DNA from: the human T2T-CHM13v2.0 reference genome, Homo sapiens
Length of the DNA: 64,000 nucleotides
Assembly: GCF_009914755.1 (NCBI RefSeq)
Contig: NC_060932.1
Reading direction: 5' to 3' (one strand)
The translations under genes and the position numbers were made by a program. Below are positions 1 through 16,370 of this stretch, in pieces. The notes beneath the pieces are model-generated. The model worked only from the letters and a program-made list of their open reading frames with translations. It was not told the DNA's origin and did no database searches. Position 1 is the stretch's first letter. Each line of letters begins with the position of its first letter.

Positions 1-905
<905 letters not shown>

Positions 906-1769
906 TCCCTGGAAAGGGGGCTGAAGCCAGGGAGCTGACTGGTCTTGCTCAGCATATCCCACCGCCACAGACTCCAACAAACTAAGATCCACTGGCTTGA
1001 AATTCTCGCTGCCAGCACAGCAGTCTAAAGTCGACCTGGGATGGGGGCAGGGGCATCCACCATTACTGAGGCTTGAATAGGCAGTTTTCCTCTCACAGTG
1101 TAAACAAAGCCACCGGGAAGTTTTAACAGGGTGTGGAAAACACCTCAGGGTGGCAAAGCCCCTGTAGCCAGACTTCCTCTCTAGATTCCTCCCCTCTGGG
1201 CAGGGCATCTCTGAAAGAAAGGCAGCAGCCCTAGTCAGGGGCTTATAGATAAAACTCTCATCTCCTGGGAACAGAGCACCTGGGGGAAGGGGCAGCTGTG
1301 AGCGCAGCTTTAGCCAGCTTAAATGTTCCTGCCTCCCAGCTCTGAAGAGAGCAGCAGATCTCCCAGCACAGCACTTGAGCTCTGCTAAGGGACAGACTGC
1401 CTCCTCAGGTGGGTCCCGGACCCCTGTGCCTCCTGACAGGGAGACATCTCCCAGCAGGGGTCAACAGACACCTCATACAGGAGAGCTCCAGCTGGCATCT
1501 GACAGGTGCCCCTCTGGGACGAAGCTTCCAGAGGAAGGAGCAGGCAACAATCTTTGCTGTTCTGCAGCCTCCACTGGTGATACCCAGGCAAACAGGGTTT
1601 GGAGTGGACCTCCAGCAAACTCCAGCAGACCTGCAGCAGAGGGGCCTGACTGTTAGAGGGAAAACTAACAGAAAGTGATAACATCAACACCAACAAAAGG
1701 GATGCTCATGCAAAAACCCCATCTGAAGGTTATCAACATCAAAAACCAAAGGTAGATAAATCCACGAAG

Positions 1770-2780
1770 ATGGGGAAAAACCAGCACAAAAAGGCTGAAA
1801 ATTCCAAAAACCACAATGCCTCTTCTCCTCCAAAGGGTCACAAGGGATCAAAACTGGATAGAGAATGAGTTTGACAAATTGACAGAAGTAGGCTTCAGAA
1901 GGTGGGTAATAACAAATTCCTCTGAGCTAAAGGAGCATGTTCTAACCCAATGCAAGGAAGTTAAGAACATTGATAAAAAGTTACAGGAACTGCTGACTAG
2001 AATAACCAGTTTAGAGAAGAACATATGTGACCTGGTGGAGCTGAAAAAACACAGCACAAGAACTTCATGAAGCATACACAAGTATCAATAGCCAAAGTGA
2101 TCAAGTAGAAGAAAGGATATCAGAGATTGAAGATCAACTTAATGAAATGAAGCATGGAGACAAGATTAGAGAAAGAAGAATGAAAAGGAATGAACAAAGC
2201 CTCCAAAAAAATGGGACTATGTGAAAAGATCAAACCTACGTTTGATTGGTGTACCTGAAAATGAGAGGGAGAATGAGACCAAGTTGGAAAACACTCTTCA
2301 GGATATTATCCAGGAGAACTTCCACAGCCTAGCAAGACAGGCCAACATTCAAACTCAGGAAATACAGTTAATGCCACAAAGATACTCCTGGAGGAGAGCA
2401 ACCCCAAGACACATAATCATCAGATTCACCAAGGTTGAAATGAAGGAAAAAATGTTAAGGGCAGCCAGAGGGAAAGGTTGGGTTACCCACAAAGGGAAGC
2501 CCATCAGACTAACAGCTGATCTCTCAACAGAAACCCTACAAGCCAGAAGAGAGTGGGGGCCAATATTCAACAAACTTAAAGAAAAGAATTTTCAACCCAG
2601 AATTTCATATCCAGCCAAACTAAGCTTCATAAGTGAAGGAGAAATAAAATTCTTTACAGACAAGCAAATGCCGAGGGATTTTGTCACCACCTGGCCTGCC
2701 TTCAAGAATGCCTAAAGGAAGCACTAAATATGGAAAGGAAAAACCGGTACCAGCTACTGCAAAAACATACCAAAATGTAA
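1770..2780 (+). pseudogene. L1 ORF1p remnant (frameshifted)
   Basis: ATG at 1770 (MGKNQHKK...). Track ORFs 1816-2070 and 2221-2715 contain NLRLIGVPE, RATPRHIIIRF, ARREWG and FQPRISYPAKLSF. Confidence 0.92.
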
Positions 2781-3083
2781 AGACCGTTGACACTATGAAG
2801 AAACTGCATCAACTAATGGGCAAAATAACCAGCTAGCATCATAATAACAGGATCAAATTCACACATAACAATTTTAACCTTAAAAGTAAACAGGTTAAAT
2901 GCCTCAATCAAAAGACACAGACTGGCAAATTGGATAAACAGTCAAGATCCATCAATGTGCTGTATTCAGGAGACCCATCTAACGTGCAAAGACACACATA
3001 GGCTCAAAATAAAGGGATGGAATAATATTTACCAAGCAAATGGAAAGCAATAAAAAGCAGGGGTTGCAATCCTAGTCTCTGAT

Positions 3084-4120
<1,037 letters not shown>

Positions 4121-7100
4121 TACACTTTAAACCAACAAAGAAAAAAGACAAAGAAGGGCATTATGTAATGGTAAAGGGATCAATGCAACAAGAAGAGCTA
4201 ATTATCCTAAATATATATGCACCCAATACAGGAGCACCCAGATTCATAAAGCACGTTCTTAGAGACCTACAAAGAGACTTAGACTCCCACACAATAATAG
4301 TGGGAGACTTTAACACACCACTGTCAATATTAGACAGATCAACGACACAGAAAATTAACAAAGATATTCAGGACTTGAACTCAGCTCTGGACCAGGTGGA
4401 CCTAATACACATCTACAGAACTCGCCACCCCAAATCTACAGAATATATATTCTTCTTAGCACCACATCACACTTACTCTAAAATTGACCACATAATTGGA
4501 AGTAAAACACTCCTCAGCAAATGCAAAAGAACAGGAATCATAACAAACAGGCTCTCAGACCACAAAGCAAACAAATTATAACTCAGGATTAACAGACTCA
4601 CTCAAAACCACACAACTACAAGGAAACTGGACAACCTGCTCCTGAATGACTACTGGGTAAATAACAAAATTAAGGCAGAAATAAATAAATTCTTTGAAAC
4701 CAATGAGAACAAAGACACAATGTACCAGAAACTCTGGGACACAGCAAAAGCAGTGTTTAGAGGGAAATTTATAGCAGTAAATCCCCACAGGAGAAAGCAG
4801 GAAAGATCTAAATCAACACCCTAACATCACAAAAGAACTAGAGAAGGAAGAGCAAACAAATTCAAAAGCTAGCAGAAGACAAGAAATAACTAAGATAAGA
4901 GCAGAGCTGAAGGAGATAGAGACACCAAAGAAACTCTTCAAAAAATCAATCCAGGAGCTGGTTCTTTGAAAAGATTAACAAAATAGACTGCTAGCCAGAC
5001 TAATAAAGAAGGAAAGAGAAAAGAATCAAATAGACACAATAAGAAATGATAAAGGGGACACCACCACTGATCCCACAGAAATACAAACTACCATCTGAGA
5101 ATACTACAAACACCTCTATGCAAATAAACTAGAAACTCTAGAAGAAATGGGTAAATTCCTGGACATATACACCCTCCCAATACTAAACCAGGAAGAAGTC
5201 GAATCTCTGAATAGACCAATAACAAATTTTGAAATTGAGGCAGTAATTAATAGCCTACTAACCAAAAAAAAGCACAGGACCAGATGGATTTACAGCCGAA
5301 TTCTACCGGAGGTACAAACAGGAGCTGGTACCATTCTTTCTGAAACTATTTCAAACAACAGAAAAAGAGGGACTCCTTCCTAACTCATTTTATGAGGACA
5401 GCATCATCTTGATACCAAACGTGGCAGAGACACACACACACACACAAGAAAATTTCAGGCCAGTATCTCTGATGAACATGGATGTGAAAATCCTCAATAA
5501 AATACTGACAAACTGAATCTAGCAGCGCATCAAAAAGCTTATCCGCCATGATCAAGTCAGCTTCATACCTGGGATGCAAGGCTGGTTCAACATACACAAA
5601 TCACTAAACGTAATCCATCACATAAACAGAACCAATGACAAAAACCACATGATTATCTTAATAGATGCAGAAAAGGCCTTCGATAAAATTCAACACTGCT
5701 TCATGCTAAAAACTCTCAAAAAACTAGGTACTGATAAAACGTATCTCAAAATAACAAGAGCTATTTATGACAAACCCACAGCTGATAGCACACTGAATGG
5801 GCAAAAGCTGGAAGCGTTCCCTTTGAAAACCGGCACAAGACAAGAATGCCCTATCTCACCACTCCTTTTCAACACAGTATTGGAAGTTCTGGCCAGGGCA
5901 GTCAGGCAAGAGAAAGAAATAAAGTGTATTCAAATAGGAAGAGAGGAAGTCAAATTGTCTCTGTTTGCAGATGACATGATTGTATACTTAGAAAACCCGA
6001 TCTTCTCAGCCCAAAATATCCTTAAGCTGATAAGCAACTTCACCAAAGTCTTAGGATACAAAATCAATGTGCAAAAATCACAAGCATTCCTATACAGCAA
6101 TAACAGACAAACAGAGAGCCAAATCATGAGTGAACTCCCATTTACAATTGCTAAAAAGAGAATAAAATACCTAGGAATACAACTTACAAGGGATGTGAAG
6201 GACTTCTTCAAGAAGAACGACAAACCACTGCTCAAGGAAATAAGAGAGGACACAAACAAATGGAAAAATATTCCATGCTCATGGATAGGAAGAATCAATG
6301 TCATGAAAATGGCCATACTGCCCAAAGTAATCTATAGATTCAATGCTATTCCCATCAAGGTACCATTGACTTTATTCACAGAATTAGAAAAAACTACTTT
6401 GAATTTCATATGAAACCAAAAAACAGCCCATATAGTCAAGACAATCCTAAGCAAAAAGAACAAAGCTGGAGGCGTCATGCTAAGTATACCACAAGGCTAA
6501 AGTAACCAAAACAACATGGTACTGGTACCAAAACAGATATATAGACCAATGGAACAGAACCAAGGTCTCAGAAATATCTACATCAACAACCGTCTGATCT
6601 TTAACACACCTGACCAAAACAAGCAATGGGGAAAGGATTCCCTATTTAATAAACAGTGTTGGGAAAACTGGCTAGCCATATGCAGAAAACTGAAACTGGA
6701 CCCCTTCCTTACACCTTTTACAAAAATTAACCCAAGATGGATTAAAGACTTAAACATAAGATCGAAAACCATAAAAACCCTAGAAGAAAACCTAGGCAGT
6801 ACCATTCAGGACATTGGCATGGGCAAAGACTTCATGACTAAAGCACCAAAAGCAATTGTAACAAACCCAAAATTGACAAATGGGAACTAATAAAACTAAA
6901 GCGCATTGGCACAGCAAAAAAAGCTATCATCAGAGCTAACAGGCCACCTACAGAATGGGAGAAAATTTTTGCAATCTATCCATTTGGCAAAGGGCTAATA
7001 TCCAGAAACTACAAGAAACTTAAACAAATTTACAAGAAAAAAACTAACAACCCTATAAAAAGTGGGCAAAGGATATGAACAGACACTTTTCAAAAGAAGA

Positions 7101-7877
7101 AATTTATGCGGCCAACAAATATATGAAAAAAGCTCATCATCACTGGTCATTAGAGAAATGCAAATCAAAACCACAATGAGATACCATCTCATGCCAGTTA
7201 GAATTGGATCTTTAAAAAGTCAGGAAACAAAAGATGCTGTAGAGGATGTGGAGAAATAGGAATGCTTTTTCACTGTTGGTGGGAGTGTAAATTAGTTCAC
7301 CTGTTGTGGAAGACAGTGTGGCCCTTCCTCAAGGATCTAAAACCAGAAATACCATTTGACCCAGCAATCCCATTACTGGGTATATACCCAAAGGATTATA
7401 AATCATTCTACTATAAAGACACATGCACATGTATGTTTATTGCGGCACTATTCACAGTAGTAAAGACTTGGAACTAACCCAAATGCCCATTAATGATAGA
7501 CTGGATAAAGAAAATGTGGCACATATGCACCATGGAATACTATGCCACCATAAAAAAGAAAGTTCATGTCCTTTGCAGGGACATGGATGAAGCTGGAAAC
7601 CATCATTCTCAGCAAACTAACACAGGAACAGGAAACCAAACACCACGTGTTCTCAGTCATAAGTGGGAGTTGAACAATGAGGACATATGAGCCCAGGGAG
7701 GGGAACATCACACATCGGGCGGCCTGTCAGGAGGTAGGGACAAGGGGAGGGATAGCATTAGGAGAAATACCTAATGTAGATGACGGGTTGATGGGTGCAG
7801 TGAACCACCATGGCACATGTATACCTATGTAGCAAAACTTCATGTTCTGCACATGTATCCCAGAACTTAAAGTATAA

Positions 7878-7912
<35 letters not shown>

Positions 7913-8569
7913 ATGTTAACCTAAGAGTACACAACTATTGGTATTAGGACTATAGAGCACAATGGGCATGTTATATACCTAAATAATGTAATGATAGCAG
8001 TGCAAGTATATTTTGGGAGGTTAGAGAAAGTGTGAGAGTGCTAAAGCCTTCATGTTATGATATCTAAAATGAAACATGAGTATAAAAGCCATAACTGCAA
8101 CCTTTTATTATTATTATTGCAATCTCATTCTCTTTTAATTTTAGAGAAATTCTTAAGAAATCATACTTTCGTAGTGAGAAAAACATTTGTTTGCAATTCA
8201 ACAATCCTTTCAATTTTAGTTTTATTATTTAATTTAAATAAAATTTAATGTTAGAATTTATATATGATCTTGTTTTCATGAAAGATTTTCTCTCATTCTG
8301 TTTATCTTATTATAAATTATTTGAATATACATACTGAATGATAACTTGAACATTCACCAAATAACTGACAGTCATTTCTGTGTAATGGAATTTAGAATTA
8401 CTTTAAAATTTTAACTTTTGTTCTTTTCAGCATTAATTTTTTATTGTAAACATAAATCAATTTTATACAAATAATGGAACATTTTCTCTTAAATAATAAA
8501 TGCGACAAAATGTTAGTAGCTAAATGCGTTAATATATTTTTAAACTTCCAAAATTAAGAAAAAGATAAT

Positions 8570-8851
8570 GGCTGGGTGTGCTGACTCATGCCTATAAATC
8601 CTAGCACTTTTGGAGGCTGAGGTGGGAGGATTGCTTGAGCCCAGGGAAGCCTGGGCAACAGGGCTGTCTCTACAAAAACTCAAAAAATGAGCCAAGCCTG
8701 GTGGTGTGCCTGTGCTCCCAGCTACACGGGAGGCTGAGGCAGGAGGATCACCTGAACCCAGTCATTTCAGGCTACAATGAGCCTTGTTCGCACCACTGCA
8801 TTCCAGCCTGGGTGACAGAGCAACACCCTGTCTGAAAAAACAAACAAAAAA
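8570..8851 (+). mobile_element. AluJ with internal deletions
   Basis: ggaggattgcttgagccca (J diagnostic), dimeric structure, A-rich tail. Confidence 0.88.
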
Positions 8852-8875
8852 CTTTAAATATTTTTTTTCTATAAG

Positions 8876-9480
8876 TGTTTTAGTTTATTTTGTATTGCTG
8901 TAAAAAATACTTGAGACTGAGTAATTTCTTTATTTCTCTATGTTTTTTCTTTCTTTTTTTTTTTTTAGTTGAGGCAGTCTTACTATGTTGGCTGGGCTAG
9001 TCATGAACTACTGGGGTCAAGTGATCTTATTTCAAGTAGCTGGAACTACAGGCATGTGCCACTGCCTCTGGATTCAGGACTGCGTAATTTATAAGAAAAG
9101 AGACTTATCTATCTCCCAGTTCTGTGGGCTCAGAAGTTCAAGGGCATAGCCCTGGCTTCTGGCAAGGACATTCATACTGTGTCCCAACATGGAATAGTAA
9201 GTCAAAGCGGAAGCCGCTGGCATGTGCAAAGAGAAGAAATCCTGGCTTTATAACCACCCACTTTCATGGGAACGAATCTATTCTTGAGAGATGGAATCCA
9301 ATCTCAGGAGAGCAAGAGCTTGCTCACTACTGTGAGAAGAGCACCAAGCCATTTATCAGGAATCTGCTCTTGTGACCTGAACAACTCCCACTAGGCTCCA
9401 CCTCCCAACGCTGCCATACTGGGGATCAGACTTCCACATGAGTTTTGGTGGAGACAAACCAACCAGATCCAAACATAGCA
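8876..9480 (-). mobile_element. MaLR LTR, MST family (MSTB-like)
   Basis: tgttttagtttattttgtattgctgtaaaaaatacttgagactgagtaattt ... ccacctcccaacgctgccatactggggatc ... tccaaacatagca. Confidence 0.82.
8928..9077 (-). mobile_element. Alu monomer (FLAM-like) nested in MST LTR
   Basis: T-rich tail plus left-monomer sequence. TSD gactgagtaattt 8915-8927 / gactgcgtaattt 9078-9090. Confidence 0.8.
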
Positions 9481-10059
9481 ACATGCTTTTTATTTTTATT
9501 TTTTTCAGAGGGTTTGTATAGGATAAATCTCCTAAAATTTTTATAGAAGGACTATGCAGCTATTACCTTTCCTCATTTTAAGAGTTTAAATATACTTCTG
9601 ATTGATACAGGGATATTGATTCATCCTTCAGCATTCCTCTTCCTCTGGGTTACCTTCTTCCCATAAGCTCAGATCAGCGCCTACATTTCTGACATGCATT
9701 TGCAGATTCTTCTCCTGTAAGCACTTGCATCTATTTTTCTTAATTTCTCAGGTAGCTATTTTACCTGTATTTGGAAAGGTTCCCTTTTCCCTGACACCTC
9801 TACTATCTGAATCCATAAAAGCCTGAATTCTGACATGGGTGGAAGTCAGTGTGTAGGAAAATGGTATACTGGTGAGTTTCCTAATGCTTGCATCACATTT
9901 ATAATTTAATAGGATGGGCCAGGTTTTGTAGTTAATAGATAGTTTTAAAAGATCTTAATCTATAAAATACAATGGTCACTCTTGAAGGTCTAATTCTTAC
10001 ATAAACTTTTTTGGGTTTATAATCATTATAATTTTTAAAAAATCTAGATTTTAATGTAT

Positions 10060-10250
10060 AAGCCAATGTGGTTTGACTCCCAGTTCTACTACTTACAAAA
10101 GTGTAATCACTGGGAGATTTCTTAATCTCTTTGATTCTCAATTTTTAAAATCCATAAAGCGAGGATAATGCCTACCTCATAGTGTTGTTTTCTTGAGAAT
10201 TCAATAAGCTAATATGTGGAATGTACATATTATTATGCACTTGGACCTAG
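10060..10250 (+). mobile_element. MIR
   Basis: Core-like ggtttgactcccagttctactacttac...tttcttaatctctttgattctcaattt...cctacctcatagtgttgtt. Confidence 0.72.
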
Positions 10251-10424
10251 AATATCTAAAAGTGAATTCAATGGTATAACTTTCTTTTAAAAATAAGTGT
10301 AATTGGGTAATTTATTTATCATTGTTAACTATTTTCAGTCATTACTCAAACAAATCTTGATTTCTAGGTCTGGGCTCAAACTCACCAAACCATCTTATCT
10401 TGGAAGTAGATAGAAAGATTGTTT

Positions 10425-10626
10425 ACTATAGTGATGAAGAGCAGAGACTTAGAAGCAGACAGCATAGGATTGAATCTCTGTTTCTACCTTGACTTGCTCT
10501 ACCTTATGAGCAAGTTGCTTAGCCTCTGTCTTGATTTTCCCATCTGAAAAATCATTATAGATAGTCCTTATGTCACAGGTTTGTTTGAAGTTTAAATAAG
10601 TTAGTCTTATAAAGTGCTTAGAATAC
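10425..10626 (+). mobile_element. MIR
   Basis: gagcaagttgcttagcctctgtcttgattttcccatctgaaaaa ... taaagtgcttagaa. Confidence 0.75.
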
Positions 10627-10899
10627 TTTATGAGGTTATGTTGGATAGAAGAAAGATAGGTACCTCCAAGGAAGGGCCAATGTTAGCTTAGTTTGATATA
10701 AAAAGGGCCTCTAAACTTTTTTGACTTTGTGGCCATAACCCCTTCTTAAACACTATTCTCTCCTGTTTTGGCCCTTTGCTTCTCATCTTTCAGGTCATAG
10801 CTTAATCATTTTTTTTTCCCCATCAAGACTTATTGGATCTCACAGAGGAGGCTATTTGATAAAAGCATCCTTGAAGTCCATCTTCCCTTCTAACACATA

Positions 10900-10990
10900 T
10901 ATAAGCCCTGTGCAGGCAGAGATCAGAGTGTCTTGTTCACCATTGAAACTTGAGCACTTAGCACTGTGCCTGACAATATTTGTTTGAGAA
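10900..10990 (+). mobile_element. L2 3' end fragment
   Basis: gtgtcttgttcaccattgaaacttgagcacttagcactgtgcctgaca. Confidence 0.65.
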
Positions 10991-12307
10991 AGAAGGAATA
11001 CTCCTTTTCTTCACTCCCGTATGGGCTATTCATTAGGAGGCTAATAGATGCAAATAAAAGAGGGCTTGGGATTTCTCTTTCAGCCTTCTTACTCTCCAGA
11101 AAGACCTGAAATTCTCTCTGAATTCCTGCTGATTTCTCCTTGCCACAGACAGGCAAAGAGATTACAGTTTCACTTGATATCAACGGCTTTAACCCCCATG
11201 AGGGTTTCTTACCAGTTAAAGAAGTCATTTTTTTTCAGTCTCAAAAGTGAAAGAGATCTTTTATCCTAGTAGGAAAGTTACAGTTTGCTGTGTCTTCTTT
11301 GAGATTTAAGGTAGTTTACATGTAATCTCTTATCTGTTCAACTGAAGATATCCCTGGCAAGAAGCTCCCACATCTGAATCAGATTTCTGTTTTCTTACAG
11401 AGTGTCTTTCTGAAGAGCTGGAATTCCTTCAGAACAGGGATAGTAAATCAGAATTTAAGATGCTTGTTAGATGATATAGTCCCACAGTGGTTTTCTTGCA
11501 GGATTCAAATGACCTGATTATTTGTAGATATTATTGGCTTCTCATTCAGAAATGCTGCTCAGCAGGAACTTCTCTCAAACTCTTTCCTGTCATAAGGGAG
11601 GATCCTTGGAGAGGAAAGTGAAATAACTTGATGGCATTGAGATAATATGCAAATTAAGCATTCTTACACACTTGCTTTCAATCAACTATTTTATCGTCAC
11701 TGAATAAGAAAGACAAATGGACATCATCATTTCAAAATATAAATGGATATAAATATGATCAAATATAACTTCATCATTATGATTCATAATCATGAGGCAT
11801 CCACAGAGTAAAAGATATAGAAAAGAAATATGCCTTGGTTGTTCTGATTATTAAATCAGAACATATTGACCATAGCAACACATGCATATTCCACTTCAAT
11901 AATGCTAAAATGCCTAAGGCAAGATAAATCCACAGGAAGATTCATCTCAGCTCACAAGGGTAAGGAGAGGAAAGCATCTGCAAAAGTCTCAATGTGAAGT
12001 GCCTGCCTTTGAAATTTGGAAACAAAACATCAAATATTTAACAACATTCAGATCCATCTATGGGGTCTAAATTTGGCCACATCTTATCCAGGTCAGTCCA
12101 GTGCTTACTGGCCATGACAAACTGATTTTTTAAAAGGAATGCTATTTGGGATTTGTGGAGCCACCCTAAAGATCAAAACCCTACTTAATCTGTGAATGAC
12201 ACAGGGTAGGTATCAACAATGTGACATGTCAAATTTATGTCTCCTTAATCCTTTTCTGTAAGAATGGTGTGAATTATTTTCCTTCTGTGTTCGTGTGTGT
12301 CAGATAG

Positions 12308-12430
12308 CCAGTCAGTCAACAGCATTTAATGAGCGTCCACTGTGTACTCTGGGGAGCTATAAAGGAAACAGCTCCTGTCCTTGAGGAGTTTATGATGAAA
12401 TGGGAGAGATAAGGCAAACAAATGAAAAAA
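12308..12430 (-). mobile_element. L2 3' end fragment
   Basis: cagtcaacagcatttaatgagcgtccactgtgt ... tcctgtccttgaggagtttatg. Confidence 0.65.
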
Positions 12431-13532
12431 TACGCAATGGTTGTCATAGAGTCTAGGGCTAGCCTTCTGATAAAACAACAACAACAAAAGACATTTAGGT
12501 TCTGTAATTTCTTTTGTTTGAAAGTTCAGAGGAAAATGTCACTTATTTTCAGAGGTTATTTAGAGGACTACCTAAACAAATATGAAGATTTATTTTAAGC
12601 ATTTGAGAAAAACTCCTCAGATTTTTAAGTCAATATGCCTTTAGTACTATTAAGCTCTTTAGCAAGGTATCTTTAAATACCCACTCATAGATAGAAAATC
12701 CTGGCTTAGCTTTCTGAGGTTGAAACTGGAAGAAGGGGCAGTTTATCTGCTTTAAACATGTTGATATTTCTGTTTTCACAGTTTTGATGATACCAGCTAG
12801 TTTTTGATTAAATTGCATAGAAGTTACAAGTGGTAGGAGAGTGACGCTTTCCTGATTTTGTTTTCCCTGCATCAGTGAGAAAGATGAGATAAAAGTTTCT
12901 GGTTTCCTCAGTCTGATTTGTGGGCAGCTATTGCCAATAAGGGCCACCTGTAAGAGCTATGTGATTGCTCAGCATATGAATAGTTTCTACTGAAAGTATA
13001 GTCCTGACTTTTAGGAAGACTACTTTTTTTCTCATGCAAATATTTTAAACTTGTCCTCAGTGCCTTTCTGTCTGCCATCTGTCCCTTCTTCTCCTGTCTG
13101 AGGTGTTTCCTTGCCCTAGGATCAGTACTTCTAAGCTCTCCCACTGAGATGTTCTAATAATGGTCTGCCATTCTGAGGGAGTTTCTCCTTTTGAATATTC
13201 TCCCTCACTCCTCAATTCACTTATTTCTTCTATACAAATTGACAAGTTAGTGGACGCTAATTTATTAATGACTTAAATAGTGTATTATGACCTAATAGTT
13301 GCATCACAGTATGAATCTCTGAAAATGATATAAATCAGTTTCTATTATTGAAACTTTAATATTAAGTGGATACCCGCGAGACATCTTTCAGTGTGAGAGG
13401 GCTTCTTTGGGGCTTGAATTATTGACCTCTGATTAGTCTTATTCCCAGAGTGGTGGGAGAACCACATCAAGATTTGGGATGGTAGAAAATTTAGGAAAAC
13501 ATTTTGTATATCCTCATATTTCCAGGAAAATT

Positions 13533-14000
13533 GTGTCACTTCCTTTGAACCCTCAATGGTTTGTTATCACAATCAGAATGAAGTCCACACTCTTCACTGT
13601 GGCCCTAAACTTTACTTCATTTGGCCTCTGCTCACTCCTCTGATCTCCTCTTCTCCAGTCTCTCCTTCCTTCACAAGGCCAAAGCCACCTTGACTTCTTC
13701 CAGTTCCTTGATTATCCTAGCTCTTTCATGCTCTGGAGACTCCAGAAATTCTCAAGGCCGAGACTTTCTAGGCATTCAGGTCATCGTGTCTAAATGAATT
13801 CCTTCTTACCTCCTCCATTATATTTTCTTTAAAGCACTTCTATCTTCTGGAATAAATGAAATTATTGTTACTCTGCTTATTTTACATTTTCGACCACTGA
13901 AATCTCTTGAAGGCTGAGACTTTATTTCATGATTGCTGTATTTTCAGGGTCCAGACTATACTAGGCAAATAGTAGATAATAAATATTTGATTAAAAATGT
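13533..14000 (+). mobile_element. L2a 3' region
   Basis: ccctcaatggtttgttatcacaatcagaatgaagtccacactc ... ggcaaatagtagataataaatatttgatt. Confidence 0.72.
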
Positions 14001-15114
14001 TGCCTAAATAATCATAGCTAGTATACAAATCATAGCTGAATTTAAGTTCAGGCTAAGAAAAGATAAAATACTTAAAATGATTGCTTCCTTATTGACAACC
14101 TGATTTTATATTATTGAAAAAAATACTTTATCACACTTCAAGCCTTCTCAAAATGTTCGATATGGTGGAATATGAACACTTCTGCTCTTTGAATATCTTT
14201 AGTTCTTCATGGAAGAAACAGTGGAAGACTGACTACAAATTAGGAAATGCTAATAGCATCTGTTGGGAAGAAGAGTGTGTGGTGGATCATAGTGTAACTG
14301 GGAAGTTATTGAAAAATGACAGGAATGAAGCCAAAGAGAAGAGTCACTGCCCGGAAGCCTGTTGTAGTTAATGCACACAGCGTTCCCTTCTTTGTCCTCC
14401 AAGTCCCCTGAAACCAGCAGAGTGTGAAGTTTAGAGTTGAGGCTTGATTACACCAAACTCAAGTGTGAGCAGAAACAAAGACTGCGGGCAGAGAAGGCAG
14501 AAAGGGCAGAGGTGGCAAACACTAACTCTGGGTTGGCTGACAGTTGATTAAGACAGAGTCACAAGGGAGAAAAATTGCTTTTATTTGCTATGAGGATGAC
14601 CAGTGCCCCACCTGGATGGACCCCAATCAAATATCCTAGAGTTGACTCTTACTTTTTGTCAGCTCCACAATAAACTGTGTTCTCCCTGTAATGACAGGCT
14701 AGATGGATTATTTTAAGGGTTTATGTACTCTTATGGAAATGGAAACAAAAGGACAAATGCAGGGTCTTTCTCCCTTGCTTGAACTCTTACTTGGTTACTT
14801 TTCTCCTCCCCTACCTCCACATCATTTTTTTTTTTTTTTGGTCTGTTTTGTTTGGAAGCCTTGTCTTACCAATTTCCAACCATTCTCACTTTCTTCAGCA
14901 ATCTGTCTCTTTGTAGCCTTGCACTCAATGAGTGCTATAATTGGAAGAACTCTGTTAACTTGAAAGGTAAATAATGGTAACATTATTTTAATTTGTGTTT
15001 TTCTGATGACTCATGAGTTGAACATGGTTATAGTTTTGATCACTTCTTTCTTTCCTAGAGTATTACCTATTCCTATAATTGTCTTTTTTTGGAGTATTTC
15101 TATTTTTTCTTAAC

Positions 15115-15369
15115 AGAGTTTAGTGCTTAGAATCATAGGCTCTCTAGCACCGATTTTCCGAGCATCATGCTGACTCTGTCACTTCTATGGGACACCAATG
15201 GGCAAGTTGCAGAATGACTGTGCCTCAGTTCTCATCTTTAAAATGGGTAATAGTAGATATGACTATGTCTCAGAGTAGTTGTGAGGAGTAATGAGATAAA
15301 ATATATTAAGTGCTCACAACACTACCTGGCACATAGTATATGCTCCATAAATGTTATCTATTATTATTA
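15115..15369 (+). mobile_element. MIR (near full length) inside an old antisense L1 fragment (~14960-15600)
   Basis: ctgtgcctcagttctcatctttaaaatggg ... cctggcacatagtatatgctccataaatgttatctattattatta. Confidence 0.82.
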
Positions 15370-15689
15370 GCTATTTAAATATTAAGGATATTATTTCCTT
15401 GTGGATCACTTTTTAAAAAATATCCTTCTTCATTTAATACTTGCCTCTTCCTTTTATCCAAGGTTTTAATCTTCAAATGTGTTAAACTTTAGGTGGCTGG
15501 ATTTGTTGATCTTTAACTTTGCATTTTCCTTCAATGCTTTTGTGAGCAGAGAGTCTCCCTCAGTGGCAATTTGTGAAAGAATAGATTTTCAGACGCTATT
15601 TCTATTTTTCTTTTCCTATTTATGATTTGTCAATTTCCTGCCATGTGTTTCAGTCCTCTTCATTCTTTTTTCCCTCATTTCCTTTATTT

Positions 15690-16370
15690 TTATTTTTGAT
15701 TGTGACAGAATATATGTAACATATAATTTACCAGCTTAATCATTTTAAGTCAGGAGTGTAAAGTACATTCACACTGGTGTGCAATCAAAATCCAGAACTC
15801 ATTTCATCCTGCAAAGCTGAAACTCTACCCCTCTTAAACAACAACCCCTCATTCCAACCTCCTCTCAGCCCCACTGGCAAGTGCCTTTCTACTTTCTGTC
15901 TCTACAAATTTAACTACTCTAAATACCTCTTATAAAGCGAATCATACAATATTTGTGTTTTCATGACTGGCTTATTTCACTTAGCACAGTCTCCTCAAGG
16001 TTTATACGTATGTAGCATGCATTATAATTTCATTTTTTTAAGGCTGAATAATATTTCATTGTATATGTAGATGTATAGACTACCTTTTGTTTATCCATTT
16101 TCTCATCAATGGGCACTTGGGTTATTTTTACCTTTTGACTAATGTGATTAATGCTTCTATGAGCATATTTGTACAAACATCTCTATTAGACACTACTTTA
16201 AATTATTTTAGTTATACACCCAGAAACAGAATTGCTGGATCATATGGTAATTTTATTTTTAATTTTCTGAGAAACTGCCATACTGTTTTCCATAGTGGCT
16301 ATATCATTTTACTTTCCCACCAACAGTGCACAAAAGTTCCAATTTCTCCACATCCTCACCAACACTGTTA
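15690..16370 (-). mobile_element. L1MB-type 3' end
   Basis: gtacattcacactggtgtgcaatc, tgactggcttatttcacttagca, ttgctggatcatatggtaatt. Confidence 0.85.

Noticed and set aside
5574-6413. 279-aa ORF with reverse-transcriptase FADD motif as a novel RT system
   Set aside because: It is an ordinary fragment of a disrupted L1 ORF2 within a collinear L1PA7.
12630-12960. 105-aa minus-strand ORF behind an acceptor-like ctcttacag
   Set aside because: No recognisable domain, weak pyrimidine tract and no clear partner exon.
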